From a virus: a DNA stretch of 64,000 nt. Under the pieces are notes generated by a model. The model was not told the DNA's origin and made no database searches. It saw only the letters and a program-made list of their open reading frames with translations. The translations under genes and the position numbers were made by a program. Below, in pieces: positions 45,228 to 54,625 of the stretch. How positions within the stretch are numbered: position 1 is the first letter of the stretch; each line of letters begins with the position of its first letter. The stretch is taken from the IMG/VR virus record IMGVR_UViG_3300045988_087374; one strand, written 5' to 3'.

Positions 45228-46040
45228 ATGATGAATGGTTCTAATTACAGTCTTAGCGACATTGCCGCCGCTACAGGCTCTAATAACCGTGCCAATGACA
45301 TGTGGGGCGGTGATGGTTTTTCACTTATCTGGCTCGTACTGATCTTCGCAATCTTCGGATGGGGAGGTTTCGGCGGCTGGGGCGGTGGCTTCGGTGGTAA
45401 TGGTGGAAACGGTGCAAATGGTGCAGGATTCCAAGGATGGGCTACACGTGCAGATATCAATGAGAGTTTTGCTCTTAACGATATTCAGAATGGTATCAGA
45501 GGTATTCAGCAGGGCATCTGTGACAGCACATATGCTCTCAACAATACCATGCAGAGTGGCTTCAACGGCGTGAACGTTGGAATGCTTCAAGGCTTCAATG
45601 GCGTTCAGCAAGCAATTAACGCTGATACAGTGGCTAATATGCAGAACACAAACGCATTGCAGTCTCAGTTAGCAAATTGTTGCTGCGAAACAAGAGAAGC
45701 TATCCAGGGTATCAACTACAACCTGGCAACCAACACTTGTGCTCTCCAGAACACAATGAACAACAACACCAGAGACCTTATCGAAAACCAGAACAGCAAT
45801 GCTAGAGCAATACTTGACTTTATGGTAAATGATAAGATTGCAACGTTACAGGCTGAGAACTCTGATCTGAAACGTGCTGCATCTCAGGATCGCCAGTCTG
45901 CATTACTTACAACTGCTATGGCTTCTCAGACTCAGCAGTTAATCAATGCAATCAATCCGGCAGCTGTTCCGGCATATGTTGTTCCTAATCCGAACACCTA
46001 CTACGGTGGATGCAACGGATATAACAACGGTTGCTGCTAA
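45228..46040 (+). CDS. Gly-rich TM (YjcZ-like) N-terminus fused to an N/Q-rich domain with Cys-rich C-terminus
   Basis: LIWLVLIFAIFGWGGFGGWGGGFGGNGG...; ends GGCNGYNNGCC; AAGGAG RBS. Confidence 0.6.
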   Translation: MMNGSNYSLSDIAAATGSNNRANDMWGGDGFSLIWLVLIFAIFGWGGFGGWGGGFGGNGGNGANGAGFQGWATRADINESFALNDIQNGIRGIQQGICDSTYALNNTMQSGFNGVNVGMLQGFNGVQQAINADTVANMQNTNALQSQLANCCCETREAIQGINYNLATNTCALQNTMNNNTRDLIENQNSNARAILDFMVNDKIATLQAENSDLKRAASQDRQSALLTTAMASQTQQLINAINPAAVPAYVVPNPNTYYGGCNGYNNGCC

Positions 46041-46070
46041 GTAACTCGCCCTTAGAGGTTGACTAATTCT

Positions 46071-46101
46071 AAGAGGTGGGTTGCGGCTCACCTCTTATTT
46101 T
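46071..46101 (+). terminator. rho-independent terminator
   Basis: aagaggtg/cacctctt stem, then atttt. Confidence 0.65.
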
Positions 46102-46118
46102 GATTGAGAGGTAGAAAT

Positions 46119-46544
46119 ATGAGTTGTAAAAATGTATGCCAAGTCTGCAAACGTCTTGTATTCAGCCAGTCTGTATCGTTTACTGGGGGCAATCTTGTAA
46201 TCACACTTCCGGCAGGCAATTATAGCAATGGAGAAAAATATTGCATTGTGATCGCACAAAGTATACCAACAACCACTACGATTGCCGCCCCGGTAATGAT
46301 TCAGATAGGAACGGGGGAAACTCTGTATCCATTGCAGAATCGTTGCTGTGCACAGGTTACAGCTTGTGGCGTAAGAACCAGAACAAAATACGCAACCAGA
46401 GTAGCTACGAGTGCAACTGGTGGAGTATTCAAGATGTTAGGAAATCCGGCTTGTAGTCCGAGTAACAATTTGACAGCAATTAATGGTACAGCCCCAACGA
46501 CAGACACACCTGTTACACAGGCTGTCAGAAAGGGGGCAATGTAA
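46119..46544 (+). CDS. Cys-rich T/A-rich protein
   Basis: MSCKNVCQVCKR...; GAGAGG RBS. Confidence 0.55.
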   Translation: MSCKNVCQVCKRLVFSQSVSFTGGNLVITLPAGNYSNGEKYCIVIAQSIPTTTTIAAPVMIQIGTGETLYPLQNRCCAQVTACGVRTRTKYATRVATSATGGVFKMLGNPACSPSNNLTAINGTAPTTDTPVTQAVRKGAM

Positions 46545-47170
46545 TGCATAAAGTTGCAATGGAAATGGGAAAATGGGCTATGGAAAAAGCCAAAACACAT
46601 GGCTTTGATAATCTCAGTGCTCAAGACTGGGACGATCTGAAAGACTGTATGGAATCCGTAAAGTGTGCGATTTGTGCAGATAAAGATTACAGAATCGTAG
46701 AAGCTATGGACGAATGCGAACAGGAAGAGAAGTATCTTGGACGCATGGGATATGACAGGTATCGTTACGCAAACGGCAGATTTGCCCCGAAAGGCAAAGG
46801 AAGCCGTATGGGATATAAACCATATCTGTACATGGAAGATGATGACTGGATGGACGAGTATCTGAACGATCCAGAGTTTGAACGTAATATGTACCGCATG
46901 GGCTATCATCCAGACCGTAGTGATATGAGGATGGATGGAATGAACCATAAGCAGTCCAGATACGGTGAAACCTACGACAGATACAGTGAAAATCGCAGGC
47001 ATTACCACGATTCCAACGATACAGAATCCAAGAGAAAAATGGATGAGTCCATGAAAGAGTATACACAAGATGTCATCCGTACGATGTCTGAAATGTGGTC
47101 GGATGCAGACGCGAATCTCAAACAGCAGATAAGAACTGATCTGACCCGTCTGATACAGCAGATGAACTAA
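46544..47170 (+). CDS. hypothetical M/Y/R/D-rich protein
   Basis: 208 aa, repeated RMGY motifs. Confidence 0.55.
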   Translation: MHKVAMEMGKWAMEKAKTHGFDNLSAQDWDDLKDCMESVKCAICADKDYRIVEAMDECEQEEKYLGRMGYDRYRYANGRFAPKGKGSRMGYKPYLYMEDDDWMDEYLNDPEFERNMYRMGYHPDRSDMRMDGMNHKQSRYGETYDRYSENRRHYHDSNDTESKRKMDESMKEYTQDVIRTMSEMWSDADANLKQQIRTDLTRLIQQMN

Positions 47171-47187
47171 ACAAAAGATAAGATTAA

Positions 47188-47220
47188 GCCCTTGTTGCAG
47201 TAATGCGGCAGGGGCTTTTT
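47188..47220 (+). terminator. rho-independent terminator
   Basis: gcccttg/caggggc stem, then ttttt. Confidence 0.65.
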
Positions 47221-47243
47221 GGTGGAAAGGATGGTGATAAACC

Positions 47244-47630
47244 ATGCTAAGACAATTCTATATGAACGGGGACTTATGGAAAGTTCGCTTTGTTTCGCCC
47301 CATGATAGTGTTCTGATTGACCGTACAGGGCAGAGGACACTTGCGGTATCAGATTATTCTACAATGACAATTTCGATCGCAAATAATCTGTACGGGGAAC
47401 TTCTGAACCGTGTGTTTATCCATGAATTAGGGCATTGCGTGATGTTCAGTTATGGTTTATTGCCAGAACTTCATCGCATGGTCAAGAAACGATATTGGAC
47501 GGATGCAGAGGAATTTGTGTGCAATATCTTGGCAGACTACAGTCATTTTGTGATTGGTACAGCCAGAGATATTTTAGGAAACCGATTTACATATGTGGCT
47601 CCTGTTGGGGCAGAAAGGATGATTGCATAG
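47244..47630 (+). CDS. small HExxH zinc-metallopeptidase-like protein
   Basis: FIHELGHCV. Confidence 0.55.
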   Translation: MLRQFYMNGDLWKVRFVSPHDSVLIDRTGQRTLAVSDYSTMTISIANNLYGELLNRVFIHELGHCVMFSYGLLPELHRMVKKRYWTDAEEFVCNILADYSHFVIGTARDILGNRFTYVAPVGAERMIA

Positions 47631-47873
47631 ATGGCAAAAGCAGAGAACACAGTAATTTTTGATGGAATCAAGTATAATCCCGGTGACGAATTGCCGGATT
47701 TAGGCAGTTGGGTATGCACGGACGCAAGAGGCATGGTTCGTGATTATGAGGGACTTTCAAAAGACGTGTCAAAGCTCCCACATTATGTACAGAGCGGTTC
47801 TTCGGCATTATGTCTTGATACTTCTGAATTATACGAATATCACAAACCTACCGATACATGGTACAAACTGTAG
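47631..47873 (+). CDS. tail-fibre N-terminal module (paralog of residues 1-80 of ORF 51818)
   Basis: shared NTVI.DG..Y.PGD..PD...C.D.R...Y.GLS.DVS.L...YEY...KL pattern. Confidence 0.55.
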   Translation: MAKAENTVIFDGIKYNPGDELPDLGSWVCTDARGMVRDYEGLSKDVSKLPHYVQSGSSALCLDTSELYEYHKPTDTWYKL

Positions 47874-47886
47874 GAGGGTGTGGAAT

Positions 47887-48279
47887 ATGGCATTAACAGC
47901 GAAGAAAGTGTATGCAATTCTAAAACATCAGATTTCCGATATGGAAGCAAAATTAAATAGTCCTGTCACATACAAAGGAACGGTCGCATCAGCTGATTTA
48001 CTTCCTTTGAATCCGTCGATTGGTGATATGTACAATATCGAATCCGAGTCAATTTACGGTGAAGCTGGAACAAACGTAGCGTGGAACGGTTCTAAGTGGG
48101 GAACAATGGGCTCACCAATTAAGATTCCATCAAAAACCAGCGAATTGCAAAACGATTCAAGATTTGTTACTGAAACAGATTTGCAGAATGCTTTAGGAAA
48201 GAAAGCAAACGGAGAAGGAATCACTTTAAGCATTAACGAAAATGGTGGTCTTAGAGTAACATATAACAACGGAAAATAG
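47887..48279 (+). CDS. tail-fibre-associated protein
   Basis: AGGAGGG RBS; GDMYNI...NVAWNGSKW fibre-like motif. Confidence 0.5.
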   Translation: MALTAKKVYAILKHQISDMEAKLNSPVTYKGTVASADLLPLNPSIGDMYNIESESIYGEAGTNVAWNGSKWGTMGSPIKIPSKTSELQNDSRFVTETDLQNALGKKANGEGITLSINENGGLRVTYNNGK

Positions 48280-48290
48280 GAGGTATCACA

Positions 48291-49802
48291 ATGGCAGAAG
48301 TGGCAGTAGATGTAGCTATGGAGTCAACTTCACAAGAAATTCTTAATTTACTCAAAGTAGTAAAAACTATGGTGACAGATGTATCGAAATTTGATTGGAA
48401 AAATTTTTATCAGCAGACAGCAACAGATGAAGTATTTTCCACAAAGTTTTATTATTACGAAACTAGCACTAGCCCTAAAGGTGAAAGAATGAATGCTTCC
48501 ATTGGTCTGACTTCGGTTCCGTCAACGGAAACGATCAAAGGGCAAGACGATTTCTCAAATCGTAGTGCGTTCCAAACTTTGGATTGCAATTTTGTGATTG
48601 ACGAAAATGAAAATAAAACACCTGTGGCAATCAAGGATGGAAATGGTTATTCGAATATTGGCAAAGTGGATGTAGGGGTAATGGTTCCGCTGACTTACTG
48701 GGGAATCCAAAAGTTTGATACGTACTACATTGTGCATTTTGCAACCAGACCACATCCGGAATTAGAATGTACTACAGTAACTCCATGGTGTAACGAAGAA
48801 CTTGGATATGGGATACTGACAAAATATTATGCTGGACAAATTGATGGAATTCTGTATTCTTCTTCTGGAAATCCAATTTTTAATTTCGTTTCAGCACAGT
48901 CAGGAAATACGGAATTACAGAAGAAAGGGACGGGGTATCATGGGTCTGGGGCTGAACGTACCGCATATTTATTGTGTATGTTATGGATAAAATATGCAAC
49001 GAAGCATAGTCAGTCGGTTTTTCAAGGATGCTCTGGTTATAATTACCAATACAAAGTTGCACAGCCGGATGAGAACGTGGACTATGTGATTCTCACGAAC
49101 GCACAAGCGAACAATCTTTATGTTGGAGGAACCGTTTCGATTGGCGATGCAACAGGCCACGCAGATAATCTTGACCGTGGAAATGCGTACATGAGAAACA
49201 TTGCTGATAAAGTTAAAATTGCAAAGATAGAAACTATTTCTGGAACTTCAAACAGCAAAGTATATGTTGAAAAGGCAGGAATGACAATCACAGCAGATAC
49301 CTATGTTTCCTCTATGCCGTTGCATTCTGGGACAACTGACAACGTTCTTGGTAGCGACGGATATGTGGTAAACGATAATAAGCACGCGTTTAAATTAGGC
49401 GGCATCGAAGATATGGTTGGCGCATATTTCATTTCCATGGATGAATTGTGGAATAAAACAACTGCAAGTACCGTTGATTATTATGTCCGTGGAAAATCCG
49501 CATGGTCTGCAACCGCTTCTGGATGGATAAAGGTTGCAACCGTAGACTTAGGAGGCTCTGATGACTGCTGGATTGGCGACATCGAAATTGATCTCAATAC
49601 GGGTGCTGTCTGGTTAAAAACAAAAGGTTCAGGAGATTCTGTTGGAACCGGTGACAGACAGTATAATGGAGGCACGGGAACAGGCTGGCGCGAAGCACTG
49701 CGGCGTGGCGACCTCGGGAGCTGGTCGAGTGCCGGTCTTTCCTACGCGAGTCTCGGGAGCGGCGTGGCTCGCTCGGGGTGGTTCTGCGCCCTCTGCGTTT
49801 GA
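48291..49802 (+). CDS. DGR-2 target: receptor-binding / tail-fibre protein with a C-terminal variable region
   Basis: the last 33 codons coincide with VR-2. Confidence 0.85.
   Translation: MAEVAVDVAMESTSQEILNLLKVVKTMVTDVSKFDWKNFYQQTATDEVFSTKFYYYETSTSPKGERMNASIGLTSVPSTETIKGQDDFSNRSAFQTLDCNFVIDENENKTPVAIKDGNGYSNIGKVDVGVMVPLTYWGIQKFDTYYIVHFATRPHPELECTTVTPWCNEELGYGILTKYYAGQIDGILYSSSGNPIFNFVSAQSGNTELQKKGTGYHGSGAERTAYLLCMLWIKYATKHSQSVFQGCSGYNYQYKVAQPDENVDYVILTNAQANNLYVGGTVSIGDATGHADNLDRGNAYMRNIADKVKIAKIETISGTSNSKVYVEKAGMTITADTYVSSMPLHSGTTDNVLGSDGYVVNDNKHAFKLGGIEDMVGAYFISMDELWNKTTASTVDYYVRGKSAWSATASGWIKVATVDLGGSDDCWIGDIEIDLNTGAVWLKTKGSGDSVGTGDRQYNGGTGTGWREALRRGDLGSWSSAGLSYASLGSGVARSGWFCALCV
49702..49800 (+). 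repeat. DGR-2 variable repeat (VR)
   Basis: aligns to TR 49892-49990 (offset 190); 18 of 19 differences at TR adenines. Confidence 0.9.
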
Positions 49803-49838
49803 TTCCGCACCTTTTAGGGGTGAATTTTGCATAGCAAA

Positions 49839-49856
49839 AGAGGGGATTGCCCCTCT
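49839..49856 (+). other. GC hairpin with a 4-nt loop downstream of VR-2
   Basis: agagggg-attg-cccctct, not followed by a U-run. Confidence 0.5.
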
Positions 49857-49891
49857 ATAAAATAAAAAAATAACATAGGACTTGCCGCACG

Positions 49892-49990
49892 GGCGTGGCA
49901 ATCTCAGGAACAGGTCGAATGCCGGTCTTTCCTACGCGAATCTCAGGAACGACGTGACTAACACGAGGTGGAACTACGCCCTCTGCATTT
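49892..49990 (+). repeat. DGR-2 template repeat (TR)
   Basis: intergenic; its VR-frame translation is Asn-rich (aat/aac codons). Confidence 0.9.
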
Positions 49991-50213
49991 TTATGCTCGA
50001 CGGAGCAATTTAGTACATTGGTACTTTTTCGTGTGGCATTTCGTGGATGGAATTCCATTACCATAATGGTACTTAAATAGGAAATAGAAAGGGAATCGAA
50101 ATCCCGACGGGGATAACGATAGTTTATGCGTAAGGCATAAGCTGGGGCTAGTAGAAATCCGAACGTCTCTCGGAATTTAAACGATAAAATTCACTCAAAA
50201 GGTAGTTGTATAA

Positions 50214-51407
50214 ATGAAACGTTGTTGTAAGAGAATAAATATAACTGATAGAAATTTAATTGAGAGAGCTACAAAAGAATGCTTACATGGGAAAATGAAC
50301 AGAAGTGACGTTATTCGAATGTTTTCGGAGTATTCCGGTGTTTCATACAACGTAATAAAGAAGATATGCAAAGACAAACGTATGATGAACGGAGTAATAC
50401 AGACGGTTGTTGATGGTATTCAACAGGAGATCATCAATAAGAAATACATCGTAAAGCCTATCCGTTACAGAAAACAAGTTGATAAGTGTAATGGTAAAAT
50501 CAGAAATATTGGAATTCAGGATATCAAACAGCAGATTTATGATTATATTGCCGTTTACGCAATGGACGAATTGTTCAGAAAGAAACTGGGATTTTATCAG
50601 TGTGGAGCATTGAAGAAAAAAGGAAATGAATTTGGCTCAAAAGCAATTAAAAAGTGGGTAAATAACCATAACATGCGGTGGGCTTGGCAGGCAGATGTCA
50701 GGCATTATTACGAAACTATCCCAAAGCATAAATTGAAGCACCTTCTTTCCAGAGATATTGACAATCCTGATATTTTACATTTGGTATTTTTCTTGATTGA
50801 TACTTTTGATGGTGGGCTTTCAATCGGTTCATATCTCAGTCAGTATCTTGCTAATTACTATATGAGTTACGCATATCATTATGTGAGCGAACAAATCATA
50901 AAAACAAGAAAACATAAGAGTGGGAGCGTTAGTACCAGAACCTTGATTTCACATTCATTGTTTCAGATGGATGATGTTTTATTTTTGTCCAAAAGTCTTA
51001 AAGACTTAAAAATGGCAGTGAAACAATTCTCAAAATACATCAAGGAATTTTTGGGGCTGACTCTTAAAGATACATCAAATTTTATAGACTTGAGAATGGG
51101 GTATATTGATATTCTCGGAAGAAAAGTTTCCAGAAGAAGTCTGACAGTTCGCTCTTCAAATTTTATCCGTTTCCGCAGAACCGCAAGCAGAGTGAGAATC
51201 TTAGTGCGTCAGAATAAAAATATTCCATTATTGCTGGCAAGGAGCTATATCGGGCGGTATGGTGCTATTAAACATTCTGACACAAAGAAGTTCCAAAAGA
51301 AATATCACGTACCAGAAGATTTGAAAAGATGTAAAAATATCGTTTCTGCATATGAAAGGAGAATAAACAGACATGAAAGCAATGCGATTTACTTTTCCCC
51401 AACTTAA
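50214..51407 (+). CDS. DGR-type reverse transcriptase (second copy, divergent)
   Basis: LSIGSYLSQYLANYYM (IGxxxSQ), FQMDDVLFL (xMDD), ADVRHYYETI. Confidence 0.85.
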   Translation: MKRCCKRINITDRNLIERATKECLHGKMNRSDVIRMFSEYSGVSYNVIKKICKDKRMMNGVIQTVVDGIQQEIINKKYIVKPIRYRKQVDKCNGKIRNIGIQDIKQQIYDYIAVYAMDELFRKKLGFYQCGALKKKGNEFGSKAIKKWVNNHNMRWAWQADVRHYYETIPKHKLKHLLSRDIDNPDILHLVFFLIDTFDGGLSIGSYLSQYLANYYMSYAYHYVSEQIIKTRKHKSGSVSTRTLISHSLFQMDDVLFLSKSLKDLKMAVKQFSKYIKEFLGLTLKDTSNFIDLRMGYIDILGRKVSRRSLTVRSSNFIRFRRTASRVRILVRQNKNIPLLLARSYIGRYGAIKHSDTKKFQKKYHVPEDLKRCKNIVSAYERRINRHESNAIYFSPT

Positions 51408-51690
51408 TACTTCCATCTATCAACTGGATAAAGGCATGGATGTTATGATCTGCCTTAATGAAAGACAAGTTATTGCTGAAAATCCAGATGGTATCTCGGA
51501 AATAATGTATGAGTATGACGGAAATATTTTTCGTACATTTAAACTGACCGAAGAAGAAATTATGCGAGAACCAGAAAAATATCTGGACTACGAAGGAGAT
51601 ACTGAACCCACAGAAGAAATGACTCAATATGCAAACGAAATGATAGATGCCTATACAGAACAATTAATTTCGGAAGGAGTGATTGCGTGA
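51373..51690 (+). CDS. acidic hypothetical protein
   Basis: 105 aa, overlaps the RT 3' end. Confidence 0.5.
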   Translation: MKAMRFTFPQLNTSIYQLDKGMDVMICLNERQVIAENPDGISEIMYEYDGNIFRTFKLTEEEIMREPEKYLDYEGDTEPTEEMTQYANEMIDAYTEQLISEGVIA

Positions 51691-51818
51691 GAATTTTAGT
51701 TGAAAGTCTGAGAAGAATGTACGCGAATGGAAAAATAACAAAAGAAAAGATTGAAAGCATGTTGATTTTGACAGAAGCAGAGAAATATTACATACTTTCA
51801 TCGAAAGGAGAAGAATAA
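51687..51818 (+). CDS. XkdX-like small protein (43 aa, not in track)
   Basis: GTG start overlapping the previous stop; ...YANGKITKEKIESMLILTEAEKYYI. Confidence 0.45.
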   Translation: MRILVESLRRMYANGKITKEKIESMLILTEAEKYYILSSKGEE

Positions 51819-53851
51819 TGGCAATTGCATTAAATACAGTGATCGTTGACGGTCAAGAATATAAACCGGGAGATGTGATTCCAGACTTCAAGAGTATCAA
51901 ATGTGTTGATACGAGAGAACCACGAAAATATCAGGGATTATCTGCGGATGTTTCTGTCCTGAATGATGTTATTGCAAAATACGCTTCGGGCGGGGCATCC
52001 TGTTTTATGTCCGATACGGGAGAATACTATGAGTATGATCGCAAGGAAAAGACATTTAAACTTATCACCAATATCACAGAGCGTGGATTTGGTTCCGAAA
52101 AAGCGTATGGCGCGTTAAAACATATGCTTAAAAATGTGACTGTAAGTGATGAGAAGATACAAAGTGCTGTCACGGATTATCTGAGGGTAAATCCAGTCCT
52201 TCCCGGAGCCACCACAGAACAGGCACAACAGATCGAGCAGAACAAGACAGACGTTGCTTCACTGAAAGAGGAAACTGGTTCGCTAAAGGAAGATTTAGGA
52301 AACATAATGGATAATGTAAATCCGTTAACCTGGAACGATGGTTTTATGCTTCAAGATGGAAAAGCTGTTGCTGCTGATGGAAGAAGTGTGTCTGATTTTT
52401 GTTTATGTCCAGCAGAAACGCAAGTTGAATATATTTCTGAAACAGCAAATCAGTATGTACAAGGTATCGTTTTTTATGATAAATATAAAACACCTATTAT
52501 CGGATATGCTAACAATGGTAAAGATGAAGAGCCATGCACAGTTACATCGCCTAAAGGCACATATTATCTTAGATTAAGTGTGGTGAATAGTAATATTGAT
52601 AAAGCATATTTCAAGAGTAGCACACCAACTGTTAAAAGTTTTATCGAAAGAAATTCTAACCGTTTGATTGCTGCACAGGATACAGATTTTGCAGAAATTG
52701 AAGTGACAAATTATATGCTTATTTGCGATATCATCAAAAATAAATCTTATGTAGTAACCAATAATGTGTATAACGGTTTACAAGATAGCGAGAATAAAGA
52801 TTCTTCAACACTATGTATTCTTGATAAAACAAAAGACATGTATGCCGGGAATAGGTACAATGTGGATGTGATATTTTTTGATTCAGACAGAGAATTTATA
52901 TCATCAACTAATGCATTGTATCATGGGACAAAATTAACAAAAGAACAGTATCCATCAAATGCAAAATATGTTGCATTTACATGGGCGAAAGATGCTGTAA
53001 TTGCAGATAAAATGTATGTTTCTACTGTAGATAATGGATGGCAAACCGGATTGCCTGCACTTAAATATGGAAAAACAATCAAGTATAAAGGGCAAAGACC
53101 AAACATTAATATTTATAATTCAGATACACAAGAAGAAATATTTGATAAATTAGCTGATGCTTGCTATACACAGGATTGCGACGTGTATTTTGAAAAGGGT
53201 ACTTATATTTTTGATGCTATTTATGATAAAATCAAGACTTATTACAATAGCGTTGGAGATGCATTTGAAATGCTTTTAGGTGGGAACTGTCGATATTATA
53301 TGTATGGATGTACATTCAAAGGTGATTTTACAAATAGTACTGGTAAACAATCAACATTCGGTTCTCATAGACATGCAGGAAGTTATGAAATATTTGGTGG
53401 AACAATTATTTGTGTAGATGGCACTTATTGTGTACATGATGAAGTGAGTGGCGAAGAACTAATTAGTGTTAGAAAATATCATCATGTTACATTCAAATAC
53501 GTCAAAGGTAGCACTTATTCTAATTGGTTATGTAAATGTCTTGGATGTGGTACAGGAAAAAATACAATTACAATTATTGATGGCTGTTATTTTGAATCAG
53601 ATAATGATTTAAGTGATGCCGAAGCAAGTTGGCATGGTAATCTTGAAGATAATTCGGCTTGTGAAACATTTGTTGAAGTAAAAAATTCATATTTCAAGGA
53701 CAAAGGTTTTTATGTGGATGCTATTCCATCAGAATCTAAACAGATGGGTAAAATTATATTTTGTAACAATTCTGTTAAAAACAGATTACCTACAGAATCA
53801 AATGGATGGATTTTGGCTGGATGGAATAACGAGGTTCGTAGCACTAATTAA
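51818..53851 (+). CDS. tail fibre / receptor-binding protein
   Basis: 677 aa; N-terminus paralogous to ORF 47631. Confidence 0.6.
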   Translation: MAIALNTVIVDGQEYKPGDVIPDFKSIKCVDTREPRKYQGLSADVSVLNDVIAKYASGGASCFMSDTGEYYEYDRKEKTFKLITNITERGFGSEKAYGALKHMLKNVTVSDEKIQSAVTDYLRVNPVLPGATTEQAQQIEQNKTDVASLKEETGSLKEDLGNIMDNVNPLTWNDGFMLQDGKAVAADGRSVSDFCLCPAETQVEYISETANQYVQGIVFYDKYKTPIIGYANNGKDEEPCTVTSPKGTYYLRLSVVNSNIDKAYFKSSTPTVKSFIERNSNRLIAAQDTDFAEIEVTNYMLICDIIKNKSYVVTNNVYNGLQDSENKDSSTLCILDKTKDMYAGNRYNVDVIFFDSDREFISSTNALYHGTKLTKEQYPSNAKYVAFTWAKDAVIADKMYVSTVDNGWQTGLPALKYGKTIKYKGQRPNINIYNSDTQEEIFDKLADACYTQDCDVYFEKGTYIFDAIYDKIKTYYNSVGDAFEMLLGGNCRYYMYGCTFKGDFTNSTGKQSTFGSHRHAGSYEIFGGTIICVDGTYCVHDEVSGEELISVRKYHHVTFKYVKGSTYSNWLCKCLGCGTGKNTITIIDGCYFESDNDLSDAEASWHGNLEDNSACETFVEVKNSYFKDKGFYVDAIPSESKQMGKIIFCNNSVKNRLPTESNGWILAGWNNEVRSTN

Positions 53852-53974
53852 CTAAAGAGGGCTTTAGTGAACTCTCATAGTTCTTTTCTGCCCAACACGC
53901 AAGCTGATATTATGTTTATCGGCAAGGAATATCGGTGGGGCTTAATTATATTGATTAAGAACAGGAGAAAAGAC

Positions 53975-54163
53975 ATGAGAGTAAAGATTAAAGTCGGAGA
54001 TAACAAGATTGAGTTCAATATGAGCAAGCGTCAGGCTCTGCTTATCGTAAAAATGGCACAGGAGTTCGAAAAAGTGTACATGGCAGATGTGTTCGCAACC
54101 TTGGACGATGTAGATTCTGAGATTGATAAATCTGAAGAAGCACAGGAAACCGAAGTAAAATAA
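53975..54163 (+). CDS. hypothetical protein
   Basis: AGGAG RBS before MRVKIKVG. Confidence 0.45.
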   Translation: MRVKIKVGDNKIEFNMSKRQALLIVKMAQEFEKVYMADVFATLDDVDSEIDKSEEAQETEVK

Positions 54164-54179
54164 ACAATCAACCATTTAG

Positions 54180-54208
54180 GGGAGAGCAGAAAATGTTCTC
54201 CCTTTTTT
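54180..54208 (+). terminator. rho-independent terminator
   Basis: gggaga/tctccc stem, then tttttt. Confidence 0.7.
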
Positions 54209-54226
54209 CACATTGGAGAAAGTATT

Positions 54227-54625
54227 ATGAGAGGATTAAAAAGACAGAAACAGACCGTGTATTGGTCAAGAATCACTGAGGAACTTGACGGGATAGATAC
54301 CGTACCGACATACAGTCAGCCACAAAGTTTTAAGTTTTCCGTATCGTCTACCGCAGGAACGCCAGAGGAAATATCGGCAGGAATTGTGCCGGATTACGAC
54401 AGGTACATTACTTCCTTTAACCGTTCTTTTTGTCCACAAGAAGGAGATGTATTTTGGATTGATACCGTGCCACAGGTTGACACACTGGGAAATCTGGTTC
54501 TGGAAGATGGTATTCCTACAACACCGCCAGATTACCGTTTGAAAAAGGTTCTTGATACTCAGAAGGGCAATGTAGCCAGATATGGAATCAAAAAGATAGG
54601 TGCAGAGAATGAGCAAAAGAATTAA
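54227..54625 (+). CDS. head-tail joining protein (family unassigned)
   Basis: position; 132 aa. Confidence 0.45.
   Translation: MRGLKRQKQTVYWSRITEELDGIDTVPTYSQPQSFKFSVSSTAGTPEEISAGIVPDYDRYITSFNRSFCPQEGDVFWIDTVPQVDTLGNLVLEDGIPTTPPDYRLKKVLDTQKGNVARYGIKKIGAENEQKN

Noticed and set aside
46301-47245. 314-aa minus-strand ORF
   Set aside because: It is antisense to two RBS-supported + strand genes that are bounded by + strand terminators. It is a shadow ORF.
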